From: Alphaproteobacteria bacterium
Lineage (GTDB): Bacteria > Pseudomonadota > Alphaproteobacteria > MPNO01 > UBA830
NCBI GenBank assembly: GCA_965243135.1
Contig: OZ251539.1
Span: 4,896,001-4,960,000 of the forward strand
DNA length: 64,000 nucleotides
Direction: 5' to 3'
The translations under genes and the position numbers were made by a program. Of this stretch, positions 19,542 to 28,117 are shown one piece after another (within the stretch, counting starts at the first letter, position 1; every line of letters begins with the position of its first letter). Under the pieces are notes generated by a model. It had not been told where the DNA came from and made no database searches. It saw only the letters and a program-made list of their open reading frames with translations.

Positions 19542-21458
19542 CTACGCGCGCTCGCGCTTCCGGTTGCGCCGAGCGAGCAGGACGACGACGGCGAATACGG
19601 CGACCGCCGCCGGCATCGCGGCGATATTGACGAGTTTGAGACCGGCTTCGAGACGGTCGATGTCGCGGCGCAGGTCGAGCTGCACCTGGCGCAGTTCCTG
19701 CCTGATCTCGCGCATCCGCTTCCGGAACTTGCCGATTTCCTCCTGCTGTTCCTGCGACAGAACTGCGGCGCCTCCGGCGCGTTCCTTCGTTTCGAGGTCG
19801 TTCACCTTTTTCTGGACGTCATCGAGCTCCCTGGCGAGCTCGCGTTCCTGCGCGCGGTACTTGTCTTCGGCCTCGCTCTGCATGCGCTCGACGACGTCGA
19901 AAGGACGCGCGGACAACCCGCGGCCGCGCAGGCTGATCAACGCCGTCGAACCAGCCAGATTGTCGGCCGCGTTCACCACGAAGTCCCCGTTGTGCGCGGT
20001 CGGCACGACGACCTGCTGGCCGAACAGATCCTGGGTCTGCACCCAGAACGCGTCGGCGATGACGTCGGTGTCGGCGACGACGATCAGGTTCACGGGATCG
20101 GCGGACTCGGCGAGATGCGGACGCTCCTCTTCCTTCTCGGCGCTTTCCTTCTTGTCGGCGTCTTCGTCGTCGGACTTCGGAGGACCGTCGGGAAAGGCGC
20201 TCTTCACCTTGCCGGTCACCCGCGCCGCCAGAATGTACGTCCTGTTCTGGGGCTTGAACTCCTTCAGGATTTCCGCGGGTTGCGGGTTGCGCCGCACCAT
20301 GTTGGCGTCGAACGGGCCGGACGAATCGGTGGACCAGATCAGCGGCTCGATTTCGACGTCCGCTCCTTCCGCCTTCTCGAAGAATCCGGGAGTCGCGAAA
20401 TTCACGACCCGCAACCGGGAGGCGACGACGTCGCCGGTGGCGATGTTCTCGGGACCGTAGGTCGTCCACGCGACGTATCGGGTGATGATCGGCCGGCCGA
20501 AGGAATCGACCGAAGCCTGAACCCGCTGCCCGGCCTTGAGGTCTCCCAGAACCTTGTCCTTGTCGTAGGCGAGTCCCCACGCCTCGAAGAGTTCGGGAAG
20601 GTCGGAGCCCACGCCCGGCGGCAGCCTCAGCTGGGCATTGCTGCGCGCGCCCTCTTCCGCGTGCGGATCGACGAACACGATCGCCTTGCCGCCGCCCACC
20701 ACGTACTGGTCGATCAGGTAGCGCGATTCTTCGCTAAGGCCGAAGGGATGCACGATCATGAGCAGGTCGACATCGTCGTCGAGCTTGGGCGTAAGGCCCT
20801 GCGCCCTCACATCGAAGAACTGCTTGAGTTGCTCGATCAGTTCCCAGGGCCGGTATCTCTTGAGCGGATCCGAATCCACCGGAAGCCCGGACACCAAAGC
20901 GATCACCTTCTTTTTGGGATTCCCGAGATTGTGGATCATTCGGGTCAGATCGTACTCGAGGAACCGCTCGCGCTGCGGCGTGAGGAAGGCGATCACGTCG
21001 GCGTCGTCGGTGGAATTGGTCGCGGCCAGACCGAAATATCCGAGATCGCCGGCTTCGGTGATGGGAACGCCGCTCAGACCGAAGCCGACCGCCCGGTCCT
21101 CTTCGGGAGAAAAAGGCTCGGGATCGACCAGTTCGAGGCTGATCTTGCCGCCGGAAAGCGCGACGTAGCGCTCGAGAAGCTCCTGCACCCGGGCGCCGTA
21201 GCCGACGAGGCCCGGCGTCGTGTCGAGCAGCTTGCGGGTGGAAAAGAAGCGCAGCGCGATGGGCTCCTCGAGCGCGGCGAGCGTCCGCTTCGTGCCTTCG
21301 GAAAGCGTGAAGAGTTGTCTATCGGTCAGGTCGGCCTGAACGCCCCGGATGGCCGATTCGGAAAAGACGTTCACCGCGAGAAAGAGAATCGCCGCGAGAA
21401 CGAGCGCGCCGACGCCCAGCGCGCGGCTGTCGCCGGCCGGGGAGTGTTTCCTTGCCAT
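19542..21458 (-). CDS. GldG-like ABC-associated auxiliary protein
   Basis: DLTDRQLFTLSEGT, DPEPFSPEEDRA, LEYDLTR, IDQYV and NGDFVVNAADNL. Confidence 0.9.
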   Translation of the reverse strand: MARKHSPAGDSRALGVGALVLAAILFLAVNVFSESAIRGVQADLTDRQLFTLSEGTKRTLAALEEPIALRFFSTRKLLDTTPGLVGYGARVQELLERYVALSGGKISLELVDPEPFSPEEDRAVGFGLSGVPITEAGDLGYFGLAATNSTDDADVIAFLTPQRERFLEYDLTRMIHNLGNPKKKVIALVSGLPVDSDPLKRYRPWELIEQLKQFFDVRAQGLTPKLDDDVDLLMIVHPFGLSEESRYLIDQYVVGGGKAIVFVDPHAEEGARSNAQLRLPPGVGSDLPELFEAWGLAYDKDKVLGDLKAGQRVQASVDSFGRPIITRYVAWTTYGPENIATGDVVASRLRVVNFATPGFFEKAEGADVEIEPLIWSTDSSGPFDANMVRRNPQPAEILKEFKPQNRTYILAARVTGKVKSAFPDGPPKSDDEDADKKESAEKEEERPHLAESADPVNLIVVADTDVIADAFWVQTQDLFGQQVVVPTAHNGDFVVNAADNLAGSTALISLRGRGLSARPFDVVERMQSEAEDKYRAQERELARELDDVQKKVNDLETKERAGGAAVLSQEQQEEIGKFRKRMREIRQELRQVQLDLRRDIDRLEAGLKLVNIAAMPAAVAVFAVVVLLARRNRKRERA

Positions 21459-21461
21459 GCC

Positions 21462-22196
21462 TCACGATCCCTTCTTGAGGTCGACGATGACGACGTTCGC
21501 GAACAGAAAGACGCAGATCACGGACGCCAGATAGATGAAGTCCCTGAGATCGAAGATTCCCTGGGTGATCGCGTCGAAATGCGTCAGAAAGCTGAGCGAC
21601 GCCACGAGATCGGTCACGAACGCCGAGGTCCAGCCGCGAAACGCCGACTGGACCGGCTCGAGTCCGCTCATCATGAACAGAAAACAGGCGGCCGCGGAGA
21701 CGACGAACGCGATCACCTGATTGCGGGTCAGCGCGGAGACGAAGCTGCCGACGGCGAGAAACGCGCCCGCCATCAGGAAGCTGCCGACATAGCCCGCGAA
21801 GACCACGCCGTTGTCGGGAGCGCCGAGATAGTTGACCGTTATCCAAACGGGAAACGTGAGCGCAAGCGCGATTCCCGTGAAGATCCAGGCGGCGAGGAAC
21901 TTCCCGAGCACCGCCTGCGCCGTGGACACCGGCAGGGTCATCAGCAGTTCGATCGTGCCCGACTTCCGCTCCTCCGCCCACAGCCGCATCCCCACGGCCG
22001 GGATCAGGAACAGGTAAAGCCAGGGATGAAAAGAGAAAAACGATTGCAGGTCGGCCTGGCCGCGCTGGAAAAAGCCGCCGAAGTAGAACGTCGTCGCCCC
22101 GGCGAGCGCGAGGAAGATGACGATGAAGACGTAAGCCAGCGGGGTCGAGAAATAGGCCGCGAGCTCCCGCTTCAGGATGACGAGAACCGTGTTCAC
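21462..22196 (-). CDS. ABC-2 type permease (GldF-like)
   Basis: KRELAAYFSTPLAYVF and MRLWAEERKSGTIELLMTLP; GTG start at 22196. Confidence 0.92.
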   Translation of the reverse strand: MNTVLVILKRELAAYFSTPLAYVFIVIFLALAGATTFYFGGFFQRGQADLQSFFSFHPWLYLFLIPAVGMRLWAEERKSGTIELLMTLPVSTAQAVLGKFLAAWIFTGIALALTFPVWITVNYLGAPDNGVVFAGYVGSFLMAGAFLAVGSFVSALTRNQVIAFVVSAAACFLFMMSGLEPVQSAFRGWTSAFVTDLVASLSFLTHFDAITQGIFDLRDFIYLASVICVFLFANVVIVDLKKGS

Positions 22197-23140
22197 TGCG
22201 CGGCCTCCCCTATGGTGATCTCCCGGAACACGTCCTCGAGCCGGCCGCGCTCCACGTAGAGCTGGTCGACGGACAGCCCGGTCTTCGCGACGCGCTCGTT
22301 CACGATGTCGAGGATGGCCGCGCCGTCGCGCGGAATCACGACCGCATGGGCGCGGTCGCCGCGGTCGTCGCCGCTTTCGACGTCGGCGATTTCGTCGACG
22401 CCCGCAAGGGCGCTCCGCAGCGCCGGAACGCTGTCCCGGGAAAGCCGCACCGACACGGCGTTGCGGTAGCGGGACCGGCGTTCGAGGTCGGCGGGAGTTC
22501 CGTCCGCCACCATGCGGCCGCGCGCGATGACGATGGCGCGCGTGCACACGGCGTCCACTTCTTCCAGGATGTGGGTCGAAATGATGACCGCCTTGTCCGC
22601 CGACATCCGGCGGATCAGCTGGCGCACCTGGTGCTTCTGATTCGGATCGAGTCCGTCGGTCGGCTCGTCGAGAATGAGCACGTCGGGATCGTGAAGGATG
22701 GCCTGGGCGAGGCCCACCCGCCGCTTGAAGCCCTTCGACAGCGTCCCGACCTGCTGGTGGTACACCTCGTCGAGCTGGAGCCTGTCCACCGCCTCGTCGA
22801 CCGCCCGCCGACGGGCGGCGCCGTTCAGCCCGCGGACCCCGGCGGCGAAGGACAGCAACCCTCCCGCCGTCATGTCCTCGTAGAGGGGCGCGCCCTCCGG
22901 CAGGTAACCGATCCGCCTCTTCACGGCGATGGGATCGCTGTTGACGTCGCTGCCGCACACGACCGCGGTGCCGGACGTCGGGGGAAGGAAACCCGTCACC
23001 ATCTTCATGGTCGTGGACTTGCCGGCGCCGTTGGGCCCGAGAAAACCCAGCACCTCGCCGCCGTCCAGCGAAAAGCTCACGTCGTCGACGGCGGTAAAGC
23101 GGCCGAAACGCTTCGTAAGGCCGCGAATGTCGAGCATCAT
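22193..23140 (-). CDS. ABC transporter ATP-binding protein (GldA-like)
   Basis: GPNGAGKST, LSKGFKRRVG and ILDEPTDGLD. Confidence 0.95.
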   Translation of the reverse strand: MMLDIRGLTKRFGRFTAVDDVSFSLDGGEVLGFLGPNGAGKSTTMKMVTGFLPPTSGTAVVCGSDVNSDPIAVKRRIGYLPEGAPLYEDMTAGGLLSFAAGVRGLNGAARRRAVDEAVDRLQLDEVYHQQVGTLSKGFKRRVGLAQAILHDPDVLILDEPTDGLDPNQKHQVRQLIRRMSADKAVIISTHILEEVDAVCTRAIVIARGRMVADGTPADLERRSRYRNAVSVRLSRDSVPALRSALAGVDEIADVESGDDRGDRAHAVVIPRDGAAILDIVNERVAKTGLSVDQLYVERGRLEDVFREITIGEAAQ

Positions 23141-23264
23141 GCCGTACCAAACCTCCCGAATTCTTGCGCCATTCTCGCCTCCGAGCGGCAAGGGACGGTC
23201 CCTTGCCGGCGACCTCGCGGCATGCGGAAACCGGGCCCGCGGGCCCGGTTTCCCTCCGTCGCCG

Positions 23265-23723
23265 TCAGGCCGCCTCGGCGGACCGGTCGTCGATGACCTT
23301 GCCGGCGCCGCGAATGGCGATCCGGCGCGGTTTCAGGGCTTCGGGGATCTCCCGCTCCAGATCGACGACGAGCAATCCGTCGTTCAGGTCGGCGCCCTTC
23401 ACCTCCACGTGGTCGGCGAGCTGGAAGCGCCGCTCGAAGGCGCGCCGCGCGATCCCGCGATGGAGATAGGCGGCGTCGCCGTCCGCCTTCTCGATCTTGC
23501 CCGCGATGACGAGCTGGCCGTCGCGGACCTGGACATCGAGATCGTTCGGGCCGAAGCCGGCGACGGCCACCGTCACCTGATAGGCGTCCTCTCCCGTCTT
23601 CTCGATGTTGTAGGGCGGGTATCCGTCGTCGCCGGAGGTCTTCTGGGCCGCGTCCAGAACGGACATCAGCCGGTCGAAGCCGACGGCGCTGCGGTAAAGG
23701 GGGGAAAAATCGAACGTGCGCAT
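23265..23723 (-). CDS. ibpA: Small heat shock protein, Hsp20/IbpA family
   Basis: MRTFDFSPLYRSAVGFD, YPPYNIE and YLHRGIARRAFERRFQLA. Confidence 0.93.
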   Translation of the reverse strand: MRTFDFSPLYRSAVGFDRLMSVLDAAQKTSGDDGYPPYNIEKTGEDAYQVTVAVAGFGPNDLDVQVRDGQLVIAGKIEKADGDAAYLHRGIARRAFERRFQLADHVEVKGADLNDGLLVVDLEREIPEALKPRRIAIRGAGKVIDDRSAEAA

Positions 23724-23815
23724 CTCACATATCCTCCTGTCGAGCAACATGTCTGGCGGATCGCCGCGATGGCCGATCCTCGGTCCGCCCGGTCCCGTTC
23801 GGGCACCGGACAGCC
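23721..23815 (-). promoter_or_regulatory. ROSE-type RNA thermometer in the ibpA 5' UTR
   Basis: Minus strand ACATGTTGCTC-GACAG-GAGGATATGT: the UUGCU motif pairs with the SD around a bulged G. GC hairpins lie upstream. Confidence 0.8.
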
Positions 23816-23818
23816 GAT

Positions 23819-23846
23819 ATGTAAGGGCGGAAAACGATATTTCAAG
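23819..23846 (-). promoter_or_regulatory. RpoH (sigma32) promoter of ibpA
   Basis: CTTG-N17-CTTACAT, close to the alphaproteobacterial CTTG-N17/18-CYTATNT consensus. Confidence 0.75.
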
Positions 23847-24039
23847 ACCCGGCGGCGGGCGGCCTTCTCCGGCGCGAATCGGGCGGCCGGCATCGGCTTT
23901 CCGGCGGCGCGCCGAAGAGGGAAGCCGGAAACGAGGCGTTGCGGACCGGAGTCCGGGATCCCGAGGACTGCGCGACTTCCGCGATTGCCCGTCGATCCGC
24001 CCCGTCAGACGAGCATCGGACCGAACGGGCAGTCGGTCC

Positions 24040-24360
24040 GTCGTCGTCGCACCATTTCATGAGGTCGTCGCGGCAGAAGCCGTTGTCGCCGCGAACCCCG
24101 GTTTCCGGCCAACGTCGGCGCTCGACGATCGGCACCATCTCTTCCGTCGAACCCGCCGCAGGATGGAGTTCGGGTGCTGCGAAAGCGAGTTCGCCACCAA
24201 GTCGCAGCGGACGAGCGGCAGGCAGCGGTAGCCGTGGAAGCGACGCTCCTCCTTGCCCCCGTGCAGCGGCTCGTCCGTGTTGTCGAGGTCCGGAACGATC
24301 TCCTTCGGCGGCGACGGCCAAGCATCGAGGAACAGGTTGATCTTGAGATCGGCCATCGCC
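24040..24360 (-). pseudogene. IS1380-family transposase fragment
   Basis: LFLDAWPSPPKEIVPDLDNTDEPLHGGKEERRFHGY-CLPL, then after a frameshift RWPETGVRGDNGFCRDDLMKWCD. Confidence 0.8.
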
Positions 24361-24409
24361 TGAGGGACGGCGACGGGCCGCACCGGGCGTCCCGGCTCGA
24401 ACCGGTCGA

Positions 24410-25207
24410 CGGCCTCAGCGCCTGGCGCATCACGCGCACCCTGTTCGGCGTCGAGCGCACCGTGCTGGTCACACGAGAAACTCTTCGCCGCGCAGTCCCA
24501 AACCCTGCTGCGTGAAATCGCGAAGCGGCGACAGCGGCTGCGGGAACTCCAGAACCAGTTGCGGCGCTGGCGCACCGGGCGCGTTCGCAACGGCAAGCCG
24601 CCGACCGCGGAGGGGACCGCCAAGAAGGTGGCCGGCTGGCTCGAGGCCCGTGAAGGAACCGTTCAAGGTGACGGTCGAAGCCGACGGCGGCCGGCCGGCC
24701 CTTCGTTACCGTTTCGACCGGCGCGCATGGCAGCGGTTGCAACGCACGTTGCTCGGCAAGACCCTCGTCTTCACCGACAACGCCGACTGGAGCGACGTGG
24801 AAATTGTCCGCGGCTACCGGGCTCAGCATCACGTCGAGAGCGCGTTCCGCTCCATGAAGAACACCTGCCACCCTGAGGCCACAGTATCACTGGACGGACC
24901 AGAAGATCGCAGTGCACGTCTTCTGCTGCGTCCTCGCCCTGTTGCTGTGCAATCTTTTGGAGCGCACCGCCGCGGCTCAACGAAGTCGGCGCTGCTCGAC
25001 CAACTCGGTCGAATCCGGGAAATCGGCGTCGTTTATCCCGGCAAGAAGCCCTTTGTGACGTTGTCGCAGATGACCGACGGCCAGCGCGCCCTTTACGAGG
25101 CCCTCGACCTGAAGCGATACCTGTCCGACCTCGCCTGACCGTTAGGCTATACGAAAATCGTGTGATTAAGTGAATCGACTATAAATCTCGCGGTAAACTC
25201 GGGCTAG
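24410..25207 (+). mobile_element. IS1634-family transposase C-terminal remnant (frameshifted) with probable right end near 25207
   Basis: GKTLVFTD...IVRGYRAQHHVESAFRSMK / LRPQYHWTDQKIAVHVFCCVLAL ... QRALYEALDL, spread across frames; AT-rich tail ending ...AAACTCGGGCTAG. Confidence 0.78.
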
Positions 25208-25223
25208 ACGCTGATGTCCTGAG

Positions 25224-25276
25224 CCGCATTTCCCGCACCGGCAGGGATCGAGGATCGCGCCAGGAGGAAGAGCGCG
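25224..25276 (+). repeat. Direct repeat copy 1 (post-stop-codon sequence shared with the NHLP gene 3' flank)
   Basis: CCGCATTTCCCGCACCGGCAGGGATCGAGG...CGCCAGGAGGAAGAGCGCG versus 25871 CCGCATTTTCTCGTGCCGGCAGGGATCGAGG...CGCCAGGAGGGGGAGGAGCGCG. Confidence 0.8.
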
Positions 25277-25340
25277 GAACGGCCCCTGCGGTGCCTCCGT
25301 CGACGCGTCCGCCCCTCGCTCGGGAGGCGTGAAATTAGGG

Positions 25341-25370
25341 TTTACCCCCCCCCCCCGCGCTACGTACGAT
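25341..25370 (+). promoter_or_regulatory. Putative sigma70-type promoter with a C12 homopolymer in the spacer
   Basis: TTTACC (25341-46), 18 nt spacer, TACGAT (25365-70); poly-C at 25345-25356; 80 bp upstream of the NHLP start. Confidence 0.5.
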
Positions 25371-25449
25371 GCCGAAGACTCGATGACGGGTTCCGGCGTC
25401 TCGAACCACGGGATGGAGCATCCGTCCGAACCTTGCAGAGGAGACGATC

Positions 25450-25869
25450 ATGCGCGACGACGTTTACGGGGGTATCCACGATGGCATGCGCCAGCAAGGC
25501 GTCATCCTTCAGGATCTCGCCAATGCCTGCCATTCCGACGAGGATCTGCTGCGCGCGCTTGAGGAGCGTCCGGAGGAAATTCTGCGGGATCGCGGGATCG
25601 ACGTGCCGATGGATGAGGGCATGGACGTGAAGGTCGTCCTCAACACCCGCGACACCTTCCACCTGGCCATGATTCCCGACCCGAACCAGGAGCTCCAGGA
25701 CGAGGCGCTGATGGCGGTCGCCGGCGGCAAGACCAATGGCTGTGCGAGCTCGGGGGGAACCGTCGGGAGCATTCCTTCCACCGCGAGTTCGATCAGCTCC
25801 CTGGGCTGCGCCAGCAGCCAGTCGGGCTGCGCCAGCAGCGTGTCGGACGCGTCGAGGACGAGGCAGTAG
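25450..25869 (+). CDS. NHLP (nitrile hydratase-like leader) RiPP precursor peptide
   Basis: GAGGAG RBS. Leader DEDLLRALEERPEEIL...GIDVP..VKVVLNTRDTFHLAMIPDP.ELQDEALMAVAGG ends in double Gly. 46-aa Cys/Ser/Thr-rich core. Confidence 0.9.
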   Translation: MRDDVYGGIHDGMRQQGVILQDLANACHSDEDLLRALEERPEEILRDRGIDVPMDEGMDVKVVLNTRDTFHLAMIPDPNQELQDEALMAVAGGKTNGCASSGGTVGSIPSTASSISSLGCASSQSGCASSVSDASRTRQ

Positions 25870-25870
25870 T

Positions 25871-25983
25871 CCGCATTTTCTCGTGCCGGCAGGGATCGAG
25901 GGTTGCGGGGCGGCGATCCCAACCCGACCCTCCCCTTGCAGGGGGAGGGTCGAGTGGAGGGCGCCAGGAGGGGGAGGAGCGCG
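25871..25983 (+). repeat. Direct repeat copy 2, containing a palindromic insert
   Basis: Matches 25224-25276 but is interrupted by about 60 bp that include a strong hairpin. Confidence 0.75.
25925..25952. terminator. GC-rich hairpin (REP-like element or terminator) downstream of the NHLP gene
   Basis: CGACCCTCCCC-TTGCAG-GGGGAGGGTCG, a perfect 11-bp stem. Confidence 0.6.
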
Positions 25984-25987
25984 TCAG

Positions 25988-26560
25988 TCACGAATGGATC
26001 CGCCAGCGTCCGGAACCGCGCAATGAGTTTGCGCGCACGACCGAAAGCGGCAAGGAAGTCGCTGCCCACGGGATAGGTGTCAAGGCCTGCGTTCTTCTTC
26101 GCCGCACCGGGAACGCGGCCTGAACGTGCGCACCTGTCCACCAGTACTTCGCGAAAGCGACCGACAGGTGGATCCTGCCGAACTGGCATGCGTCGAGGAC
26201 CTGCTCAATAATGGGTCGCCAAGGCGCTGGGCGATCAAATTTTCTGCGGAAGCGTTCCACCGGGAGACGAGCCGGGCGGAGTGACCGGTTCGGGGCTTCG
26301 AGCGTGACCTGCCCGGACGGCGCCCGGCTGCTCGTCGAGGGCCGGCCTGCAGGTGAAGCTGGCGTCCGGGGTCCGACTCGGCGGGCTGAAATCGACCGGA
26401 CAGCTGCGCCTAGGAGCGCACTCTGCGCGTCGGCATTCGGGAAAGCAAGGGACTGCGCCGCCGGGGGGCGGTCGGACCGTGTCGGTTCGCGTTTCCGGGC
26501 AGCAGCATCCCGACAGGGCGAACGGCCTCAGGATAGAAGATGAGGAATTTTCGTGGCGGT
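25988..26560 (-). pseudogene. Degraded gene fragment of unknown family
   Basis: Protein-like pieces in different frames (KFLIFYPEAVRPVGMLL; IIEQVLDACQFGRIHLSVAFAKYWWTG; LDTYPVGSDFLAAFGRAR) with no continuous ORF. Confidence 0.35.
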
Positions 26561-26673
26561 GGAACGTTCGCCGCGAGGAGGGCGTAGCCCTGACCGCCGC
26601 GCGCACTGCGGCTCAGCCCCGTCGACCGCCGCTCGGAACGGCCAACAACGTCGACGGAAACGGTTCGGTCAAG

Positions 26674-27777
26674 TCAGGACGCTCTCGACGCAACCCAATC
26701 CGCAATGGCGAGAGCGGAAGTCATGCCGGGAGATTCGATTCCGTACATGTTGACGAGGCCGGGAACGCCGTGATCATCGACCGTCTGGATCAGGAAATCG
26801 CGCGCCGCCTCGCCCGGCGCCTGCAGCTTGGGGCGGATGCCGGCGTAACCCGGCTCGATCGTCCCGTCGGCAAGCTCCGGATAGTACTTCCGCACGGCCC
26901 CGTAGAACTTGCCGGCGCGGGCCGGATCGACGTCGTAATCGATCCCGTCGACCCACTCGACGTCCGGTCCGAACCTCACGCGCCCGGCGAGATCGACCGT
27001 GACGTGCACGCCGAGGCCCGCCTTTTCGGGAACCGGATAGACCGGACGCGTGAAGGGAGGCTTGCCGGACAGCGTATAGTAGTTGCCCTTGCAGTAGTGA
27101 AGCGGCGGAACCGTCCCGGAAGGCAAGCCGGAGATCGAGGCGGCGACATCCTGCGCCCACAGCCCGGCGCTGTTGATCACGACATCCGCGGTCACCGACA
27201 TGGGCGAAGCGCCGCCGCAATCGAGGCGAATGCCGTCGTTCGCCACCTGCCCGCCCGTTACCGGCGTCAGAAGGGCGACGACCGCGCCGGCGGACTCGGC
27301 GTCGCCCTGCAACGCAAGCATCATGGCGTGGCTGTCGACGATTCCCGTGGACGGCGACCAGAGCGCGCCCACGCAGCGAACCGAAGGCTCCATGTCCGAG
27401 GCCTGCGACGGCGTCATTCGCTCCAGGTCCGTCACCCCGTTCGCCGCGGCATTGGCCTGAAGCCGATCGAGTTCGGATAGCTGATCCTCGCTCGTCGCAA
27501 CGATGATCTTGCCGCAACGGCGATATTCGACCCCGCGCGAGTCGCAAAAATCATACAGCTTGCGCTTGCCCTCGACGCAGAATTTCGCCTTCAGGCTGCC
27601 TGGAGGATAGTAGATTCCGGCATGTATTACTTCGCTGTGCCGCGAACTGGTCTCCGATCCGATGAGATCCGCCCGTTCGAGCACGATGACTTCCCGGCCG
27701 GAAATCGCCAGCGCCCGCGCGACCGCCAGCCCGACGACTCCGGCGCCGATAACGACGCACTCCACGCGCTCGGTCAC
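26674..27777 (-). CDS. FAD-dependent oxidoreductase, L-2-hydroxyglutarate oxidase (LhgO) family
   Basis: VVIGAGVVGLA, ETSSRHSEVIHAGIYY, YAGIRPK and GIESPGMTS. Confidence 0.92.
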   Translation of the reverse strand: MTERVECVVIGAGVVGLAVARALAISGREVIVLERADLIGSETSSRHSEVIHAGIYYPPGSLKAKFCVEGKRKLYDFCDSRGVEYRRCGKIIVATSEDQLSELDRLQANAAANGVTDLERMTPSQASDMEPSVRCVGALWSPSTGIVDSHAMMLALQGDAESAGAVVALLTPVTGGQVANDGIRLDCGGASPMSVTADVVINSAGLWAQDVAASISGLPSGTVPPLHYCKGNYYTLSGKPPFTRPVYPVPEKAGLGVHVTVDLAGRVRFGPDVEWVDGIDYDVDPARAGKFYGAVRKYYPELADGTIEPGYAGIRPKLQAPGEAARDFLIQTVDDHGVPGLVNMYGIESPGMTSALAIADWVASRAS

Positions 27778-28117
27778 GCTCCGGTTCCCGACCGCCAGTC
27801 GCAAGGCGCCGACCGGACCGCCTCGTCCGGCAGGTTCCCGTTTCCCGGCTCGGGGGCGCGGCGGCGCCTGGAAAGCCGGCGAGAAAACCGGCGCTTCGCC
27901 GGAGCGTTCGGTTCGACGGCGGAACGGTCCGTTTCGCCATGCGCGCGCGCCGTGCGGGCGGGGAACGTGGCTTGACGCTCCGGTTTCCCGCCTTTCGGTC
28001 CTGCGAGCGACCCGCGCCAGCCCCCTCGCTTCGAAGCGCGCCGCACCGCGGCGTCCCGTTCGCCGGATTCCCGGTCTCGCTCCCCGTGCCTCTCCAACTC
28101 CGGCATCCTCCGTCCGC

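Noticed and set aside
18467-23140. Gld-like ABC transporter as the exporter of the NHLP peptide
   Set aside because: Double-glycine leaders are normally handled by C39-peptidase ABC transporters; no such domain is present, and the module is common without RiPPs.
26674-27777. FAD oxidoreductase as a RiPP tailoring enzyme for the NHLP precursor
   Set aside because: Typical LhgO-family motifs, opposite strand, and separated by a degraded fragment; not an azoline dehydrogenase or halogenase.
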